A stretch of DNA of 39,609 nucleotides, taken from contig JAGVQB010000047.1 in assembly GCA_020051955.1 (NCBI GenBank), forward strand, positions 1 through 39,609. The letters are read 5' to 3'. The translations under genes were made by a program, and so were the position numbers. Below the pieces are notes generated by a model. It was not told the origin of the DNA, made no database searches, and saw nothing but the letters and a program-made list of their open reading frames with translations. This stretch comes from a bacterium. GTDB taxonomy: Bacteria; Patescibacteriota; Patescibacteriia; UBA9934; GWF2-40-263. The stretch's first letter is position 1. Each line of letters starts with the position of its first letter. Of this stretch, positions 17,450-28,878 are shown in pieces.

Positions 17450-20110
17450 TTAGACTTTTGCCTTCGCGTTTTTTTTGTTGCCAACGATGAGCTCTTCACC
17501 TTTGGCTGATATTGAAACGGTTTGTCCTTCTTTGATTTCCCCACCGACAATCTTTAGCGCGAGCGGGTCAAGCAGTAGGGATTGAATTACTCGTTTAAGT
17601 GGCCGCGCTCCATACGAAGGATCGAAACCCTTGTTGGCAAGTAATTCTTTCGCTGATTCCGACACGGATAGCAAGATACCTCTATGGGTCTTGAGACGTT
17701 TTTCGGTTTGTTTCAATTGGAGGTCAACTATCTTTGCGATGTCTTGTTTGCTAAGCGAATGGAAAATAATCGCGTCGTCAATACGGTTAAGGAACTCAGG
17801 ACGGAATTCGTCTTTGAGAAGTTTCATTATCTGGTCGCGCGTTTCAAGCTCGCGGCTAAGCTCTGTATCGCCATCGACAAATCCCATCGAGGCCTTTGTG
17901 TTCCCAGCGTTTAGAATTACGTCTGAACCAAGATTGCTAGTCATGATTATTATCGTGTTTTTGAAATTGACCTTGCGGCCCTTCGCGTCAGTCAAGTGAC
18001 CTTCGTCAAGAATCTGAAGTAGCAGGTTGAAAGTGTCGGGATGCGCTTTTTCTATTTCGTCAAACAGCAGGACCGCGTACGGGCGACGGCGCACGATCTC
18101 TGTCAACTGTCCGCCTTCTTCATATCCGACATAGCCAGGAGGCGATCCAATAATTTTCGCGACAGCGTGTTTTTCCATGTACTCGGACATATCCAAGCGA
18201 ATCAACGAGGCTTCCTCGTTGAACATAAACTCCGCGAGCGCGCGAGCGAGCTCGGTTTTTCCAACGCCTGTTGGACCCAGGAAAATAAATGTTCCGATTG
18301 GCCTGTTTTCCTCACCAATGCCCGCGCGAGATCGGCGCAATGCGTTTGACACCGCTCTTATCGCTTCCTCCTGTCCCACTACGCGCTTTGACAATACATC
18401 TTCCATTAGTGCGAGTTTTTCCATTTCCGACTCTAGCATTTTGGAAACGGGGATACTTGTCCATCTTGAAACAACGTGTGCTATGTCTTCTTCGGAAACT
18501 ACTTCTTTGAGTAGTCCTCGTTCCTTTTGCAAACCAGCGAGTTCTTGACCGGCCGCGCGCAGTCGCTTTTCCGCGTTCGGAGTTTTTCCATAACGAATCT
18601 CCGCCACCTTCTCAAGATCGCCCTTGCGCTCTTCAAGCTCAGCTTGCGCGCGCAGTTTTTCGATCTCTGATTTGATTTCCTGAATCTCCGTGATTTTCTT
18701 TTTTTCGTTTTGCCATCGCCCCTCAAGCGAACCAGTTTTTTCGCGCAGATCCGCTATTTGCCTTTCGATATCCTTAAGCCGATTTTTTGATTCCTTATCT
18801 TCTTCCTTTAGCAAAGCGCGTTGTTCAATTTCAAGTCGCATCAGATCACGCTTCAAAACATCAAGCTCCTCTGGCATTGAGTCAATTTGCATGCGCAAAG
18901 CTGACCCAGCCTCGTCAATTAAATCAACGGCCTTGTCTGGCAAATGGCGATCTGTAATGTAACGCGCTGAAAGTTGCGCCGCGGCAACGATCGCGAGATC
19001 AGAGATGCGCACTCCGTGATGCACCTCATACTTCTCCTTGATTCCGCGCAAGATAGCGATTGTGTCCTCAACGCTTGGTTCATCGATAAGTACTGGTTGA
19101 AATCTTCGCTCTAGCGCTGGGTCCTTCTCGATGTGGCGTTGATATTCCTTCAGTGTAGTCGCGCCGATCGCCCGTAACTTTCCACGAGATAGCGCTGGCT
19201 TGAGCATGTTTGACGCGTCAAGCGATCCGCCTTCAGTGGTTCCAGCACCGACGATTGTGTGAAGCTCGTCAATAAATAAAATAATTTTGCCACCAGAATT
19301 TTCTATTTCCTTTATCACTGCCTTGAGCCGATCTTCAAACTCACCGCGGTATTTTGTGCCAGCCACCATTGATCCCAAATCAAGCGCCATGATTGTTTTA
19401 TCCTTAAGTAATTCAGGAACGTCACCAGCGACTATTCTTTGCGCCAGCCCCTCAACAACAGCCGTTTTACCAACGCCCGCTTCGCCAATAAGTACAGGAT
19501 TATTTTTTGTTCGTCGAGATAAAACCTGCATGAGCCTACGAATTTCCATGTCGCGTCCGATAATTGGATCCAGCTCGCCGTTACGAGCTGACTGAGTTAA
19601 ATCAAAACCATATTTTTGAAGCGCTTGATATCGTCCTTCTGGTTCAGGGGAATCCACGCGCTGATTTCCACGGATATCTTTGAGCGCCGCCATGACTGAT
19701 TCCTCTGTAACATCGTAACCTGACAACAGGCGCGCGATCGCTTTGTTTGTCATCAGACCCAAGAATAAGTGTTCGGTCGAAATATATTCATCCTTGAACA
19801 TTTTTGTTTTTTTGTGTGCCTCGGAAAGCGCCTTTGCCATTTGTTGGCTCATGTAAATCTGCCCAAGATCGTTTGGTGGCATTGCATTTCCATGAGGTAG
19901 TGACTGAAGTATCTGCTCAACCTCACCTCTTAAATCAGCGCGGCGAGGAGAAATTTTATCTATAATCGCCCCGACGATTCCATCTTCCTGCGTAATAAGT
20001 GACATGAGTAAATGAATGGGTTCAAGCGCCTGTTGGCCGAAATCAACAGCTATTCGGTGTGCCATCTGAAGCGCCTCCTGTGACTTGAGTGTAAAATTAT
20101 TTGGCATCAT
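17450..20110 (-). CDS. clpB: ATP-dependent chaperone ClpB (start placed at MMPNNF)
   Basis: Clp N domain, GEAGVGKT, middle coiled-coil domain, [24 protein letters not shown]. Confidence 0.97.
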   Translation of the reverse strand: MMPNNFTLKSQEALQMAHRIAVDFGQQALEPIHLLMSLITQEDGIVGAIIDKISPRRADLRGEVEQILQSLPHGNAMPPNDLGQIYMSQQMAKALSEAHKKTKMFKDEYISTEHLFLGLMTNKAIARLLSGYDVTEESVMAALKDIRGNQRVDSPEPEGRYQALQKYGFDLTQSARNGELDPIIGRDMEIRRLMQVLSRRTKNNPVLIGEAGVGKTAVVEGLAQRIVAGDVPELLKDKTIMALDLGSMVAGTKYRGEFEDRLKAVIKEIENSGGKIILFIDELHTIVGAGTTEGGSLDASNMLKPALSRGKLRAIGATTLKEYQRHIEKDPALERRFQPVLIDEPSVEDTIAILRGIKEKYEVHHGVRISDLAIVAAAQLSARYITDRHLPDKAVDLIDEAGSALRMQIDSMPEELDVLKRDLMRLEIEQRALLKEEDKESKNRLKDIERQIADLREKTGSLEGRWQNEKKKITEIQEIKSEIEKLRAQAELEERKGDLEKVAEIRYGKTPNAEKRLRAAGQELAGLQKERGLLKEVVSEEDIAHVVSRWTSIPVSKMLESEMEKLALMEDVLSKRVVGQEEAIRAVSNALRRSRAGIGEENRPIGTFIFLGPTGVGKTELARALAEFMFNEEASLIRLDMSEYMEKHAVAKIIGSPPGYVGYEEGGQLTEIVRRRPYAVLLFDEIEKAHPDTFNLLLQILDEGHLTDAKGRKVNFKNTIIIMTSNLGSDVILNAGNTKASMGFVDGDTELSRELETRDQIMKLLKDEFRPEFLNRIDDAIIFHSLSKQDIAKIVDLQLKQTEKRLKTHRGILLSVSESAKELLANKGFDPSYGARPLKRVIQSLLLDPLALKIVGGEIKEGQTVSISAKGEELIVGNKKNAKAKV

Positions 20111-20222
20111 AACAAAAAACAATGAAAGGCTGTGATATGATTAGCACTCACGAGTATAGAGTGCCAATCCGCGTCTGTCAACTGGAATTATGTGTATATT
20201 TTGGTATGATAACAGCGAAAAT

Positions 20223-21035
20223 ATGGCGCATGAAATATTTGTAGTACGAATTGATGACATTTCGATTGATGAGTTTGAATCGCGCGTCCGACAGTGGTTG
20301 GATGGGGAAGGCGGCAAAGTTATCTTCACGCCAAACGCAGAGTTTCTTTTGCTGGCAAGCCGAAATGACGCATTTCGTATACTTCTAAATCAGAGCGACC
20401 TTTCGATTCCTGATTCTGTCAGTTTGCGATTTGCTGTCGCCGCTTTGACTGACGGTAGTTTGAAGAATCGGATACCTGGCGTTGATGCGCTAAATAAAAT
20501 TGTAGAGCTGTGCGCGACTAAGAATCAAAGGGTTGTTCTTTTGGGTGGTGAGGACGGTGTTCAGACAAAAGCGGCTGGAGCGTTCAAGACGCAATTTCCT
20601 GCGCTTGCTGTGGTAGGTGTTGATCCAGGAGTAGTTGCTTTCGACGGGACTAAAGTTGAGATTGCCGAATCTGTTGTGTCAAAATTGCGAGAGCTTGCCC
20701 CTGATGTTGTTGCCGTCGCTTTGGGGCAGGGGAGACAGGAGTTCGCAATCGAAAAACTTAAGGCGTTGATTCCAGGAGTAAAGATTTGGATAGGAGTCGG
20801 TGGCGCACTGGATATGATAGCGGGAGGGAAACCAAGGGCGCCAAGATGGATTTGTCATTTTGGTTTTGAGTGGTTTTGGCGTCTGTGCATTGAGCCCTGT
20901 CGTTGGCGGCGCACAGTAAACGCGGCCGTTATCTTTCCACTTATCGTAATCAGAGATACACTGAAGTCGCGTTGTTTTGTGCGCGCGGCAGTGCGCGTTG
21001 CTAAGGAAATATTTTTGCAGATCAAAGGTCTATGA
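20223..21035 (+). CDS. WecB/TagA/CpsF family glycosyltransferase (start placed at MAHEIF)
   Basis: IFTPNAE, RIPGVD, ALGQGRQE, GVGGALD, RAPRW, EWFWRL. Confidence 0.9.
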   Translation: MAHEIFVVRIDDISIDEFESRVRQWLDGEGGKVIFTPNAEFLLLASRNDAFRILLNQSDLSIPDSVSLRFAVAALTDGSLKNRIPGVDALNKIVELCATKNQRVVLLGGEDGVQTKAAGAFKTQFPALAVVGVDPGVVAFDGTKVEIAESVVSKLRELAPDVVAVALGQGRQEFAIEKLKALIPGVKIWIGVGGALDMIAGGKPRAPRWICHFGFEWFWRLCIEPCRWRRTVNAAVIFPLIVIRDTLKSRCFVRAAVRVAKEIFLQIKGL

Positions 21036-22450
21036 CAGTTAAAACACGTTTTGCGCCATCACCTACAGGTTATTTACATATCGGAGGACTTCGAACTGCT
21101 CTTTATAATTATTTATTTGCAAAAAAACACAGTGGTACTTTTTTGTTGCGAATAGAGGATACTGATCAGACAAGGTATGTAGAAGGGGCGGTCGAGTCGC
21201 TTATTGAGACGCTAAAGAGGATGGGGCTGACTTATCAAGAGGGTCCATTTTTGCAGTCCCAGCGGCTTGAAATTTATCATAAATACGCAGACCAACTTTT
21301 GAGTGCTGGACACGCGTATCGATGTTTTTGTTCGAAAGAACGTCTTGAGGAATTACGCAAACAGCAAGAGGCGATGAAGCTTTCGACTAAATATGATCGC
21401 CGCTGTTTAAATCTTACTAAGGAGGAGGTCGAAGACAAAATCAAGAATGGTGAAAGCTCTGTTATCCGTTTACGAATTCCAGACGGTGAGACGACCTTCG
21501 ATGATGCGATTCGCGGCACAATTACAATTCCAAATTCTGAGATTGACGATCAGGTTCTTATCAAAACAGATGGATTCCCAACTTATCATCTTGCTGTGGT
21601 CGTTGATGATCACCTAATGGGCATCACGCACATTATTCGCGGTGAAGAATGGATTTCCGCGGTTCCAAAACACGTCATCATGTATCAAGCGTTTGGTTTT
21701 GAGATGCCAATATTCGCGCATCTTCCACACGTGCTCAACCCTGACAGATCCAAGCTCTCCAAACGCCAGGGTGACGTTGCAGTTGAAGATTATCTTAACA
21801 AAGGGTATCTACCAGAGGCGCTAAATAATTACGTCGCGCTCTTGGGGTTTAATCCGTCAGGGGATCGTGAGATTTACACAATCGAGGAACTCGTCGAGGC
21901 TTTTGATCTGTCTCGTGTAAACAAAAGTGGAGCGATCTTCGACGTCGCGAAGCTCAATTGGATGAACGCGTACTACATTCGAAATATCGACATCAACGTG
22001 CTTCTGGAACTCGTCAAGCCTTTTTTGGGTGACATGGTTATCAAAACAGAGACGCTTGAGAAGGTATTGATGGTTGAACGCTCAAGAGCTACGACGCTTG
22101 CCGATTTCGCGCCGTTGGCGCGGATGTATACAACACAACAAAGTTATAATCCCGAGGCACTGATATGGAAAAAAGCAGATAAAGCAGACGCGTCTAAACA
22201 ACTCGAAGGAGTAATCACGTTTATTCAAAATCTTGAGCTTTCTATTTTTGATGACAGCGCGTTGCTAGAAAGCAGAATAAAAGAGTATATTGAAAAGGGA
22301 AATCTTCAAACAGGAAACGTCTTGTGGCCAATGCGAGTGGCTCTTTCTGGATCAGAGCAATCAGCAAGCCCATTTGAGATAGCGTGGGTTTTGGGAAAAG
22401 AAGAAACGCTGTTAAGACTTAGAAACGCAGTCGAAAAATTAAACACATGA
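21032..22450 (+). CDS. gltX: Glutamate--tRNA ligase
   Basis: RFAPSPTGYLHIGG, LRIEDTD, KLSKR. Confidence 0.98.
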   Translation: MTVKTRFAPSPTGYLHIGGLRTALYNYLFAKKHSGTFLLRIEDTDQTRYVEGAVESLIETLKRMGLTYQEGPFLQSQRLEIYHKYADQLLSAGHAYRCFCSKERLEELRKQQEAMKLSTKYDRRCLNLTKEEVEDKIKNGESSVIRLRIPDGETTFDDAIRGTITIPNSEIDDQVLIKTDGFPTYHLAVVVDDHLMGITHIIRGEEWISAVPKHVIMYQAFGFEMPIFAHLPHVLNPDRSKLSKRQGDVAVEDYLNKGYLPEALNNYVALLGFNPSGDREIYTIEELVEAFDLSRVNKSGAIFDVAKLNWMNAYYIRNIDINVLLELVKPFLGDMVIKTETLEKVLMVERSRATTLADFAPLARMYTTQQSYNPEALIWKKADKADASKQLEGVITFIQNLELSIFDDSALLESRIKEYIEKGNLQTGNVLWPMRVALSGSEQSASPFEIAWVLGKEETLLRLRNAVEKLNT

Positions 22451-23661
22451 GTAGGACATCCTTCAATAATTCGGCGTTGTTAGTTCTGATTTTGTGCGTC
22501 TCGCTTGGCGCCAATGTGTTAAATGTGGCGCAAGCGCAAGACGCTGACACTTCTACTGATATAGAAGTCTTGAATTTGAAGGTTAAAGAAAAACAGAGCG
22601 CGATTGATCAATTGAATCGACAGATAGAGATTTATCAAACGAAGATAGATCAAGCGCAGTCAAAAGAGGCGAGTTTGAAGAATGAAGTAGAACTTTTATC
22701 AAATCGGATTGCTAAAACAGAATTGGATATTGAATCGGTTGAAGCATCAATCGACCTTGCTAATTCGGAGCTTGTAGTGATTGAGCGCGAAATTCAATCG
22801 GTTCAGGTTGAACTCGAAAAAAACAGAAAATTGATAGCAGATGTTTTGCGGGAAATACAGTCTCAAGATAACCGATTGCCACTTCTGTTGATGTTTGGAA
22901 CGGATTCATTGTCGGAATTATTTGACACGTTACAACAGCTTGAAAATGTATCGTCTGATTTAAAAGGCGCGGTCGAAAACGCAAGATCCACGGAAGCGAG
23001 ACTTGTTGAACGCAGAACATCCGCGGATGTAAAACATGGACAGTTGTTATCACTTGAGACATCACTAAAACGTGAGCGTCTATCTCTTGATGACGAGGTT
23101 GGGGCAAAGGAGATTCTGATTGCCGCTACAAGTGATTCTGAAGCGCGGTTTAAACAGCTGATGGTTGAACTGAAAGAAGAACAGGATTACATTGATTATC
23201 AAGTTTCATTATTGCAAGAAGAAATTGAAGGCAAACTTAACGCTGGCGATTTGGTGGGGGATAGCTCTGTACTTTCGTGGCCGATTGATCCACGGGTTAA
23301 AGGCATATCGGCATATTTTCATGATCCAACTTATCCATTTAGACACTTATTTGAGCACTCGGGGATTGATCTACCGTCTCCAACAGGCACTTCGGTTGGC
23401 TGTGCCGCGCCTGGATATGTTGCTTGGACAAAAAAAGGACAGATGTATGGAAATTACGTGATGGTCATTCACGCAAACGGAATTGCGACGCTTTACGCTC
23501 ACTTGTCGCGGATAGATGTCATCGCGGATCAATTCGTCGCAAGAGGGGACACAATAGGCGCGGTGGGTAGTACTGGATTTTCTACTGGTCCGCACTTGCA
23601 CTTTGAGGTTCGCTTAAACGGTATTCCATCCGATCCATTCAGCCACCTTATTGGATTGTAA
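22447..23661 (+). CDS. Secreted coiled-coil M23 family peptidoglycan endopeptidase
   Basis: Signal peptide, long coiled coil, HSGID (HxxxD) and GPHLHFEV (HxH) intact. Confidence 0.92.
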   Translation: MSRTSFNNSALLVLILCVSLGANVLNVAQAQDADTSTDIEVLNLKVKEKQSAIDQLNRQIEIYQTKIDQAQSKEASLKNEVELLSNRIAKTELDIESVEASIDLANSELVVIEREIQSVQVELEKNRKLIADVLREIQSQDNRLPLLLMFGTDSLSELFDTLQQLENVSSDLKGAVENARSTEARLVERRTSADVKHGQLLSLETSLKRERLSLDDEVGAKEILIAATSDSEARFKQLMVELKEEQDYIDYQVSLLQEEIEGKLNAGDLVGDSSVLSWPIDPRVKGISAYFHDPTYPFRHLFEHSGIDLPSPTGTSVGCAAPGYVAWTKKGQMYGNYVMVIHANGIATLYAHLSRIDVIADQFVARGDTIGAVGSTGFSTGPHLHFEVRLNGIPSDPFSHLIGL

Positions 23662-23667
23662 AAAAAT

Positions 23668-23871
23668 ATGGTTCTAGAATTTGTTTTAAAATTTCTTGGC
23701 TGGGCGTTTGTGCTTGTCCCAACAATAATTTTTTTTGGAGTCAGCTTCATGATGATAAAAGGGGCAGGGGAGGATGACACGATGATTAAGACCCTCACGC
23801 TTATTGGGCTTTCAGTTTTTTTGATTGGCGCCGTCACCCTGGCTCTAGTTTACACGACAAAGTTGCTTTAG
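23668..23871 (+). CDS. Small two-TM membrane protein
   Basis: Starts 6 nt after the M23 gene on the same strand; two hydrophobic helices. Confidence 0.6.
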   Translation: MVLEFVLKFLGWAFVLVPTIIFFGVSFMMIKGAGEDDTMIKTLTLIGLSVFLIGAVTLALVYTTKLL

Positions 23872-24014
23872 TGAGAAGTATTCACAAAAGTTATGGGTGA
23901 TAGGTTTGTGAATAGGGAAGAGGAGGAAAACAAACTTAAGGAAGGGTGAGAAGGCGTCGCACAATATACCTTCTACGTAACTAGAGGACACGGCTAGGAA
24001 AGAAAGAGAGGTCT

Positions 24015-24857
24015 TCATTTATAATAAATCTGCTCACCGAAGCGTAGGTCAACGTACTCAATGGAGGCTGGATCAATTAATTTCTGATCAAGAAGGGTCT
24101 TTAAATGCGCTACCTGCGTTTCTATATCTCCGGATGCGTCAAAATACACTTCATAACCATTTGAGGTCACAAGGCTCATCCATTTACCAGCAACGCGATT
24201 TATATTGGTCTGTGTAAAGGTAATGCCTAACTCCCCTATTTGTTTATGGAAATTTGAGATATCCAGAATTTCTTCTTTTGTAAGAACATTCGATCCTATA
24301 TTTATCTCACTCTCATTTAAATCAACGAATAGCAGTAGTGAACTTTCGTTTAATGATGAGGGCGACATTTCTCGCACTATTAGACCATCAAGATCAACCA
24401 CGTAGGTTTTAGATCCTGATCTCCACAAATAGTTTGATGTTCGCTCTTCAATTTTGATCTTTATCCCCTTGTCATAGTTATCAATCTCCACATTAGCAAG
24501 GCTTAAATTTTTCGTCAGTTGGATATTGAGTTCATCCTTGTTAAATAAAAACATGTTTGACTTGTGAAAGAAAAGTAATGAACGAGAATCAAGATATGCA
24601 TTCACCTGTGACTCGAAATCAATCTTTGATGTTTGCCTAAGACCAAAGACAGATACGGTTTCAATTTGAAATGCCTGGTGAGAAAAAAGAAAACATAAGC
24701 CCACCACGACTAACGCTGGAGTACATATGGCAACAACTATAGTTTTCCATGGCCAAAAATGTTTTTCATGCGAAAAATACGGGTTGTGGTATTTACCACG
24801 CTGGTATCTGTCACGGTTTGATTTTTTTAGGGAATTCATTTTGAACACACTAAACAA
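24015..24857 (-). CDS. FtsQ/DivIB-like cell division protein
   Basis: Basic N-terminal tail, single TM, FQIETVSVFG POTRA-like start, IKIEER, C-terminal YVDLRFG. Confidence 0.75.
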   Translation of the reverse strand: MFSVFKMNSLKKSNRDRYQRGKYHNPYFSHEKHFWPWKTIVVAICTPALVVVGLCFLFSHQAFQIETVSVFGLRQTSKIDFESQVNAYLDSRSLLFFHKSNMFLFNKDELNIQLTKNLSLANVEIDNYDKGIKIKIEERTSNYLWRSGSKTYVVDLDGLIVREMSPSSLNESSLLLFVDLNESEINIGSNVLTKEEILDISNFHKQIGELGITFTQTNINRVAGKWMSLVTSNGYEVYFDASGDIETQVAHLKTLLDQKLIDPASIEYVDLRFGEQIYYK

Positions 24858-25989
24858 TGATTCTAGGAAGCCCGCGATTAATTTGCGCTATCACCTCATA
24901 ATTAACTGTAGAAGATTTTTGGGCGATGTCTTCAGCTGAAATTCGATGTCGTCCGTCCGTACCCAAGAGTATTACTTCGTCTTCTTTTGCAACCGAAGGC
25001 ACATCAGAAACATCAACCATCATCATATTCATACACACCCTTCCAATGATTTTGCATCGCTGCCCACGTAATAGAACCTCACCAATTGATGATAAAGACC
25101 TTCTGTAACCGTCAAAATAACCAACCGGCAATACAGCGATCCTCCCACTTCGTTTTATTTTTTCAGTAAGACCATAACCCACAGGCGTTCCCATTGATAC
25201 GTTTTTAATTTGCGCGACAATTGTCTTCCATGTCATGACTGGGACGAGATCAAGATTCATGTTTAGTTTGCGTGCGGTATTTTGTACTGATTCAGATGGC
25301 CATAAACCGTACATTGAAATCCCGGCACGGACCAATGTCTGATGTGTTTGTGGATAAAGGATTATCGCGGCTGAACACGCGCAATGTCTGTACGTTGGCA
25401 CAAGCCCATAAGAAGCAAGGGTTTCTGCCCCTTGACCAAGTAATGTGAATTGTTGCGCGGCAAAATCAGAGGTATCGGCATCCTCGATATTCGCGAAGTG
25501 TGTTGAAAGACCCTCAAGCTTTACATAAGGGGATCGCAAAAATTGTTGCGCTAAATCAGGTAGATCATCTAATGAAGCCCCCTGGCGTTGAGTGCCTGTT
25601 TCGATTTTTAGATGTACGTTAATTGTTTTTGCTAGTTCGCTCCCAACCTTCTGCGCCCACTCAATCCCCTCTTTATCATATAGGGTCAAATGGATTCCCG
25701 CGTTGATCGCTTCCTTAAATCGATCAAACATCGTGTATCCCAGGACAATAATGAGAGCCGATGGAAAAATCTCCTGTAGATAAAGCGCATCATCAATATC
25801 GTCCACCGCGTACGCGTCTACCCCGGCACGGTTAGCAATTGTAACCACCTCCTTCAAGCCATGCCCATAAGCGTTTGCTTTTACAACAGCACAAAAACGC
25901 GCGCGCGGTTCAAGAATGGCACGCATTGATTCGATGTTATGAACGAGAGCTCGTTCACTAATCTCAATCCATGTTCGACAACGCTTCAT
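24850..25989 (-). CDS. alr: Alanine racemase
   Basis: AVVKANAYGHG (PLP lysine), VGYG, GYFDG, GRVCMN. Confidence 0.96.
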   Translation of the reverse strand: MKRCRTWIEISERALVHNIESMRAILEPRARFCAVVKANAYGHGLKEVVTIANRAGVDAYAVDDIDDALYLQEIFPSALIIVLGYTMFDRFKEAINAGIHLTLYDKEGIEWAQKVGSELAKTINVHLKIETGTQRQGASLDDLPDLAQQFLRSPYVKLEGLSTHFANIEDADTSDFAAQQFTLLGQGAETLASYGLVPTYRHCACSAAIILYPQTHQTLVRAGISMYGLWPSESVQNTARKLNMNLDLVPVMTWKTIVAQIKNVSMGTPVGYGLTEKIKRSGRIAVLPVGYFDGYRRSLSSIGEVLLRGQRCKIIGRVCMNMMMVDVSDVPSVAKEDEVILLGTDGRHRISAEDIAQKSSTVNYEVIAQINRGLPRIIV

Positions 25990-26398
25990 GAAAAAATGTA
26001 TTTACAATATTTTTGTTAGCTTCGAGTATATCCATTTTAAGTAACTCGCGTTTCGTAACCCATTTGTGTTGATAAGCTTTTGTCTCTTCCAATTTGGTCA
26101 ACCCCTCCCCTACCAACGAATGGAAACAGTGGATGTGTACTCGCAGAATGTGATCATCAAGATGCCAATCGTGAGTGTGGATTCCAAAGAAGCGAGATTG
26201 TAAAGCCATTATGCCTATTTCCTCGACGATTTCCCTATTTATAGCGGTATTAGGATCCTCCCCTATTTTGAACTTCCCTCCGGGGAATTCCCACTTTTTA
26301 TCAAACAAAGGATTATTATCTCGTCGTTGAATCAACAAAAAACGGTCCTCACGTTCGCAGATGCTTACCACAATGTCGAGTTCTTTAATTGGCATCAT
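25964..26398 (-). CDS. NUDIX hydrolase (MutT-like)
   Basis: WEFPGGK...GE....AINREIVEEIG Nudix box. Confidence 0.9.
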   Translation of the reverse strand: MMPIKELDIVVSICEREDRFLLIQRRDNNPLFDKKWEFPGGKFKIGEDPNTAINREIVEEIGIMALQSRFFGIHTHDWHLDDHILRVHIHCFHSLVGEGLTKLEETKAYQHKWVTKRELLKMDILEANKNIVNTFFHEALSNMD

Positions 26399-26762
26399 AT
26401 TTTCTCGCGCGCACGAGTTTTACATTGCGATTGTTTTTGAGAAGCCAACTTTGAAGCGCGTTAAATAAACAATCCTGATCGTGACCGATTAGGATGATGT
26501 CTGGACGGACAGAATCGATTATTTCAAATGACCCAAGCTCGACATCACACAAACGAGCATCGTAAACACCAGGGTATCCCAAAACAGAACTCAACCGTTG
26601 TTGCTCTGGAAAACGCGGTACCTTATTTTTCAATACTATGACATGAGCATCTCTCGCGACGCCAACCACAACCTCCGCGCCTAACGCTTTGGCTTGATCC
26701 AAAAACGATTCGTGTCCTTTGTGAAGTCCGTCGAACGTGCCAAATACCAAAGCTTTTGTCAT
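26385..26762 (-). CDS. Cytidylyltransferase-family nucleotidyltransferase (RibL/FAD synthetase-like)
   Basis: FGTFDGLHKGH (HxGH), VARD, PDIILIGHDQ. Confidence 0.8.
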   Translation of the reverse strand: MTKALVFGTFDGLHKGHESFLDQAKALGAEVVVGVARDAHVIVLKNKVPRFPEQQRLSSVLGYPGVYDARLCDVELGSFEIIDSVRPDIILIGHDQDCLFNALQSWLLKNNRNVKLVRARKYDAN

Positions 26763-28240
26763 ACCACTCCCCTATCAGGCCGCAGTGTTGGGAATAAAAT
26801 GACCTCTTTTATATTGTTTGATCCTGTTAAAAGCATAACCATCCGATCAATCCCAATTCCAATTCCGCAAGCAGGGGGCATCCCGTGTTTGATTGCTTCC
26901 AAATAATCATCATCAGTCTGGTGAGCTTCTGCAAAGCCTGCTTTTTCTCGTTGTTTTTCTACGACAAATCTCTTCTCGAGGTCGACAGGATCATTTAGCT
27001 CGGAATAATTATTTCCGATCTCGCTACCAAGGGCAAAAGCCTCAAACCGCTCGACGAAACGCGCGTCATCCACGCACCGTTTTGCCAGAGGAGAAACTTC
27101 GACTGGGTAATCGTAAATAATTGTTGGTTGGATCAGTTTTTCTTCGACGAGGTTCTCAAAAGCTAGCGCCATGAGTTCTCCGATGGTTTGTATTCGTTCG
27201 ATGTCTTCTTTAATACCCTTAGAAAGTTTTAGCATTGTCTTCTTAGCAGTATCCAAGTCATTCCAGGTTGATGTTGGTACCCCACCTATCTGTTCGACAG
27301 CCTCAATAAGACGTAACCGTTTCCATGGTCTTTGAAGTTCAATCAAAACGTCATCGCTTTTTACTTTCGTCGTTCCAATCGCGTTGATCGCCGCCTGCTC
27401 GAAAATTTCTTCAAAGATCGCCATTCCATATTCATAATTCTCGTAAGCGATCTGTGCCTCCAGCATCGTAAACTCTGGATTGTGGTCGTGATCGATCCCC
27501 TCGTTTCGAAAAACTTTCGTAATCTCATAAACTTTCTCAAAACCACCAACAAGAAGACGCTTCAAATACATCTCATCTGATATGCGCAAATAAAAATCAG
27601 CGTCCAGTGCGTTGTGATGCGTGATGAACGGTCGCGCAAAACCACCACCGTACACAGGTTGTAGTGTTGGTGTCTCGACCTCGAGGAACCCGCGCGAGTC
27701 TAATAACTGGCGAATGGCAGTGATTATTTTTGTGCGCGTTTTTAGTCGTGAACGCACCTCGTCGTTCATGATTAGATCAAGATACCTTTTGCGGAAACGC
27801 GTTTCGATGTCACTGATGCCGTGCCATTTTTCTGGTAGAGGTAAGGTTGACTTGGTAAGAAGCACAAAAGTTTTTACCTCCAAAGATTTTTCTCCCTTCT
27901 GTGTTGTAAAAGACGTGCCAGTAACCTCAACGAAATCTCCAACATCCATTGTCTTGTGGAAAAACTCGTATCGGTCGTCGCCTAGTTCGTTTTTCCGAAG
28001 AGCAATCTGCACAAATCCTGATTCATCAAACAATTGCGCGAATGTTAAACCGCCGTGCTTGCGCACAAGTTTCAGCCTTCCAAGAAGAGTTACTACATCC
28101 TTGCGCGCGCAGATACCATCAAAACCATCGACGAATTCTTTGATCATGTGTGATCGCGTGCCCTTCGATGGATATGGATTAATTCCAGCGTCTCGTATCG
28201 CGCAAAGCCTCGCGAGACGGTCGTTTTCTTCTTGAATCAT
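26759..28240 (-). CDS. lysS: Lysine--tRNA ligase (class II)
   Basis: LPLPEKWHG, FLEVETP, FRNEGID..HNPEFT, GMPPACGIGIGIDR. Confidence 0.98.
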   Translation of the reverse strand: MIQEENDRLARLCAIRDAGINPYPSKGTRSHMIKEFVDGFDGICARKDVVTLLGRLKLVRKHGGLTFAQLFDESGFVQIALRKNELGDDRYEFFHKTMDVGDFVEVTGTSFTTQKGEKSLEVKTFVLLTKSTLPLPEKWHGISDIETRFRKRYLDLIMNDEVRSRLKTRTKIITAIRQLLDSRGFLEVETPTLQPVYGGGFARPFITHHNALDADFYLRISDEMYLKRLLVGGFEKVYEITKVFRNEGIDHDHNPEFTMLEAQIAYENYEYGMAIFEEIFEQAAINAIGTTKVKSDDVLIELQRPWKRLRLIEAVEQIGGVPTSTWNDLDTAKKTMLKLSKGIKEDIERIQTIGELMALAFENLVEEKLIQPTIIYDYPVEVSPLAKRCVDDARFVERFEAFALGSEIGNNYSELNDPVDLEKRFVVEKQREKAGFAEAHQTDDDYLEAIKHGMPPACGIGIGIDRMVMLLTGSNNIKEVILFPTLRPDRGVV

Positions 28241-28279
28241 ATGTTTTGATCTGAGTAAAAAGTAGCAAAAGATAAAGCA

Positions 28280-28309
28280 ATTTTAGCTGGTTTATCTCGT
28301 TGTTGTCAA
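28280..28309 (-). promoter_or_regulatory. Sigma70-type promoter for the lysS operon
   Basis: On the minus strand, TTGACA (28309-28304), 18-nt spacer, TAAAAT (28285-28280). Confidence 0.6.
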
Positions 28310-28345
28310 AAAAATCATCCCCCCTTCGCGGGTAGATGATTCTTT
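28308..28345 (-). terminator. Intrinsic terminator after greA
   Basis: Minus strand AATCATC..CCC-loop-GGG..GATGATT running into a T tract, about 10 nt after the greA stop. Confidence 0.7.
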
Positions 28346-28355
28346 GCAGAGACCT

Positions 28356-28811
28356 CTAAATAATTTTCAGAATCTCAAATTCTATTACTCCGGTTACCAA
28401 ATCAACTGCCACGCGATCCCCTACCCTACGGCTCATGAATGCCTGCCCAATCGGAGATTCATTACTTATCTTTCCTTCCACTGGATTTGCTTCATGTGAC
28501 CCAACCATTGAATATGTCTTCTCGCCTTTTTCTGTCATGACCACGAATGTTGTTCCAAGCGTTATCTCGTCTCCACCCGTGGAAGCAGTCACCATTATTA
28601 CGTCATGAATCTGCGATTCGATTTCCGCAATGTGCGCTTCATTGAAACCTTGTTCCTCTTTTGATTCTTGATATTCAAAATTCTCGGAGAGATCCCCAAG
28701 CTCCTTTGCGCCAGCAATTTTTTCCGCGATTTGCTTTCGAAGATCCTTTTTTCGATACTGAAGCTCTTTCATCTTTTCTTCCAAAGCCTTCTTGGACAGA
28801 TAAGTTGGCAT
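28356..28811 (-). CDS. greA: Transcription elongation factor GreA
   Basis: GDLSENFEY, ISNESPIG. Confidence 0.96.
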   Translation of the reverse strand: MPTYLSKKALEEKMKELQYRKKDLRKQIAEKIAGAKELGDLSENFEYQESKEEQGFNEAHIAEIESQIHDVIMVTASTGGDEITLGTTFVVMTEKGEKTYSMVGSHEANPVEGKISNESPIGQAFMSRRVGDRVAVDLVTGVIEFEILKII

Positions 28812-28816
28812 ACTTC

Positions 28817-28845
28817 AAAAAATTAACACCCGCTTGTGGGTGTTA
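28817..28845 (-). terminator. Terminator-like hairpin between mrdA and greA
   Basis: TAACACCC(28824-28831)/GGGTGTTA(28838-28845), followed by ATTTTTT on the minus strand. Confidence 0.6.
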
Positions 28846-28849
28846 CTTC

Positions 28850-28878
28850 AGACTATCGTCTTGTGAGGCGCGTGTCAA
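28850..28878 (-). promoter_or_regulatory. Sigma70-type promoter for greA
   Basis: Minus strand TTGACA (28878-28873), 17-nt spacer, TAGTCT (28855-28850). Confidence 0.55.
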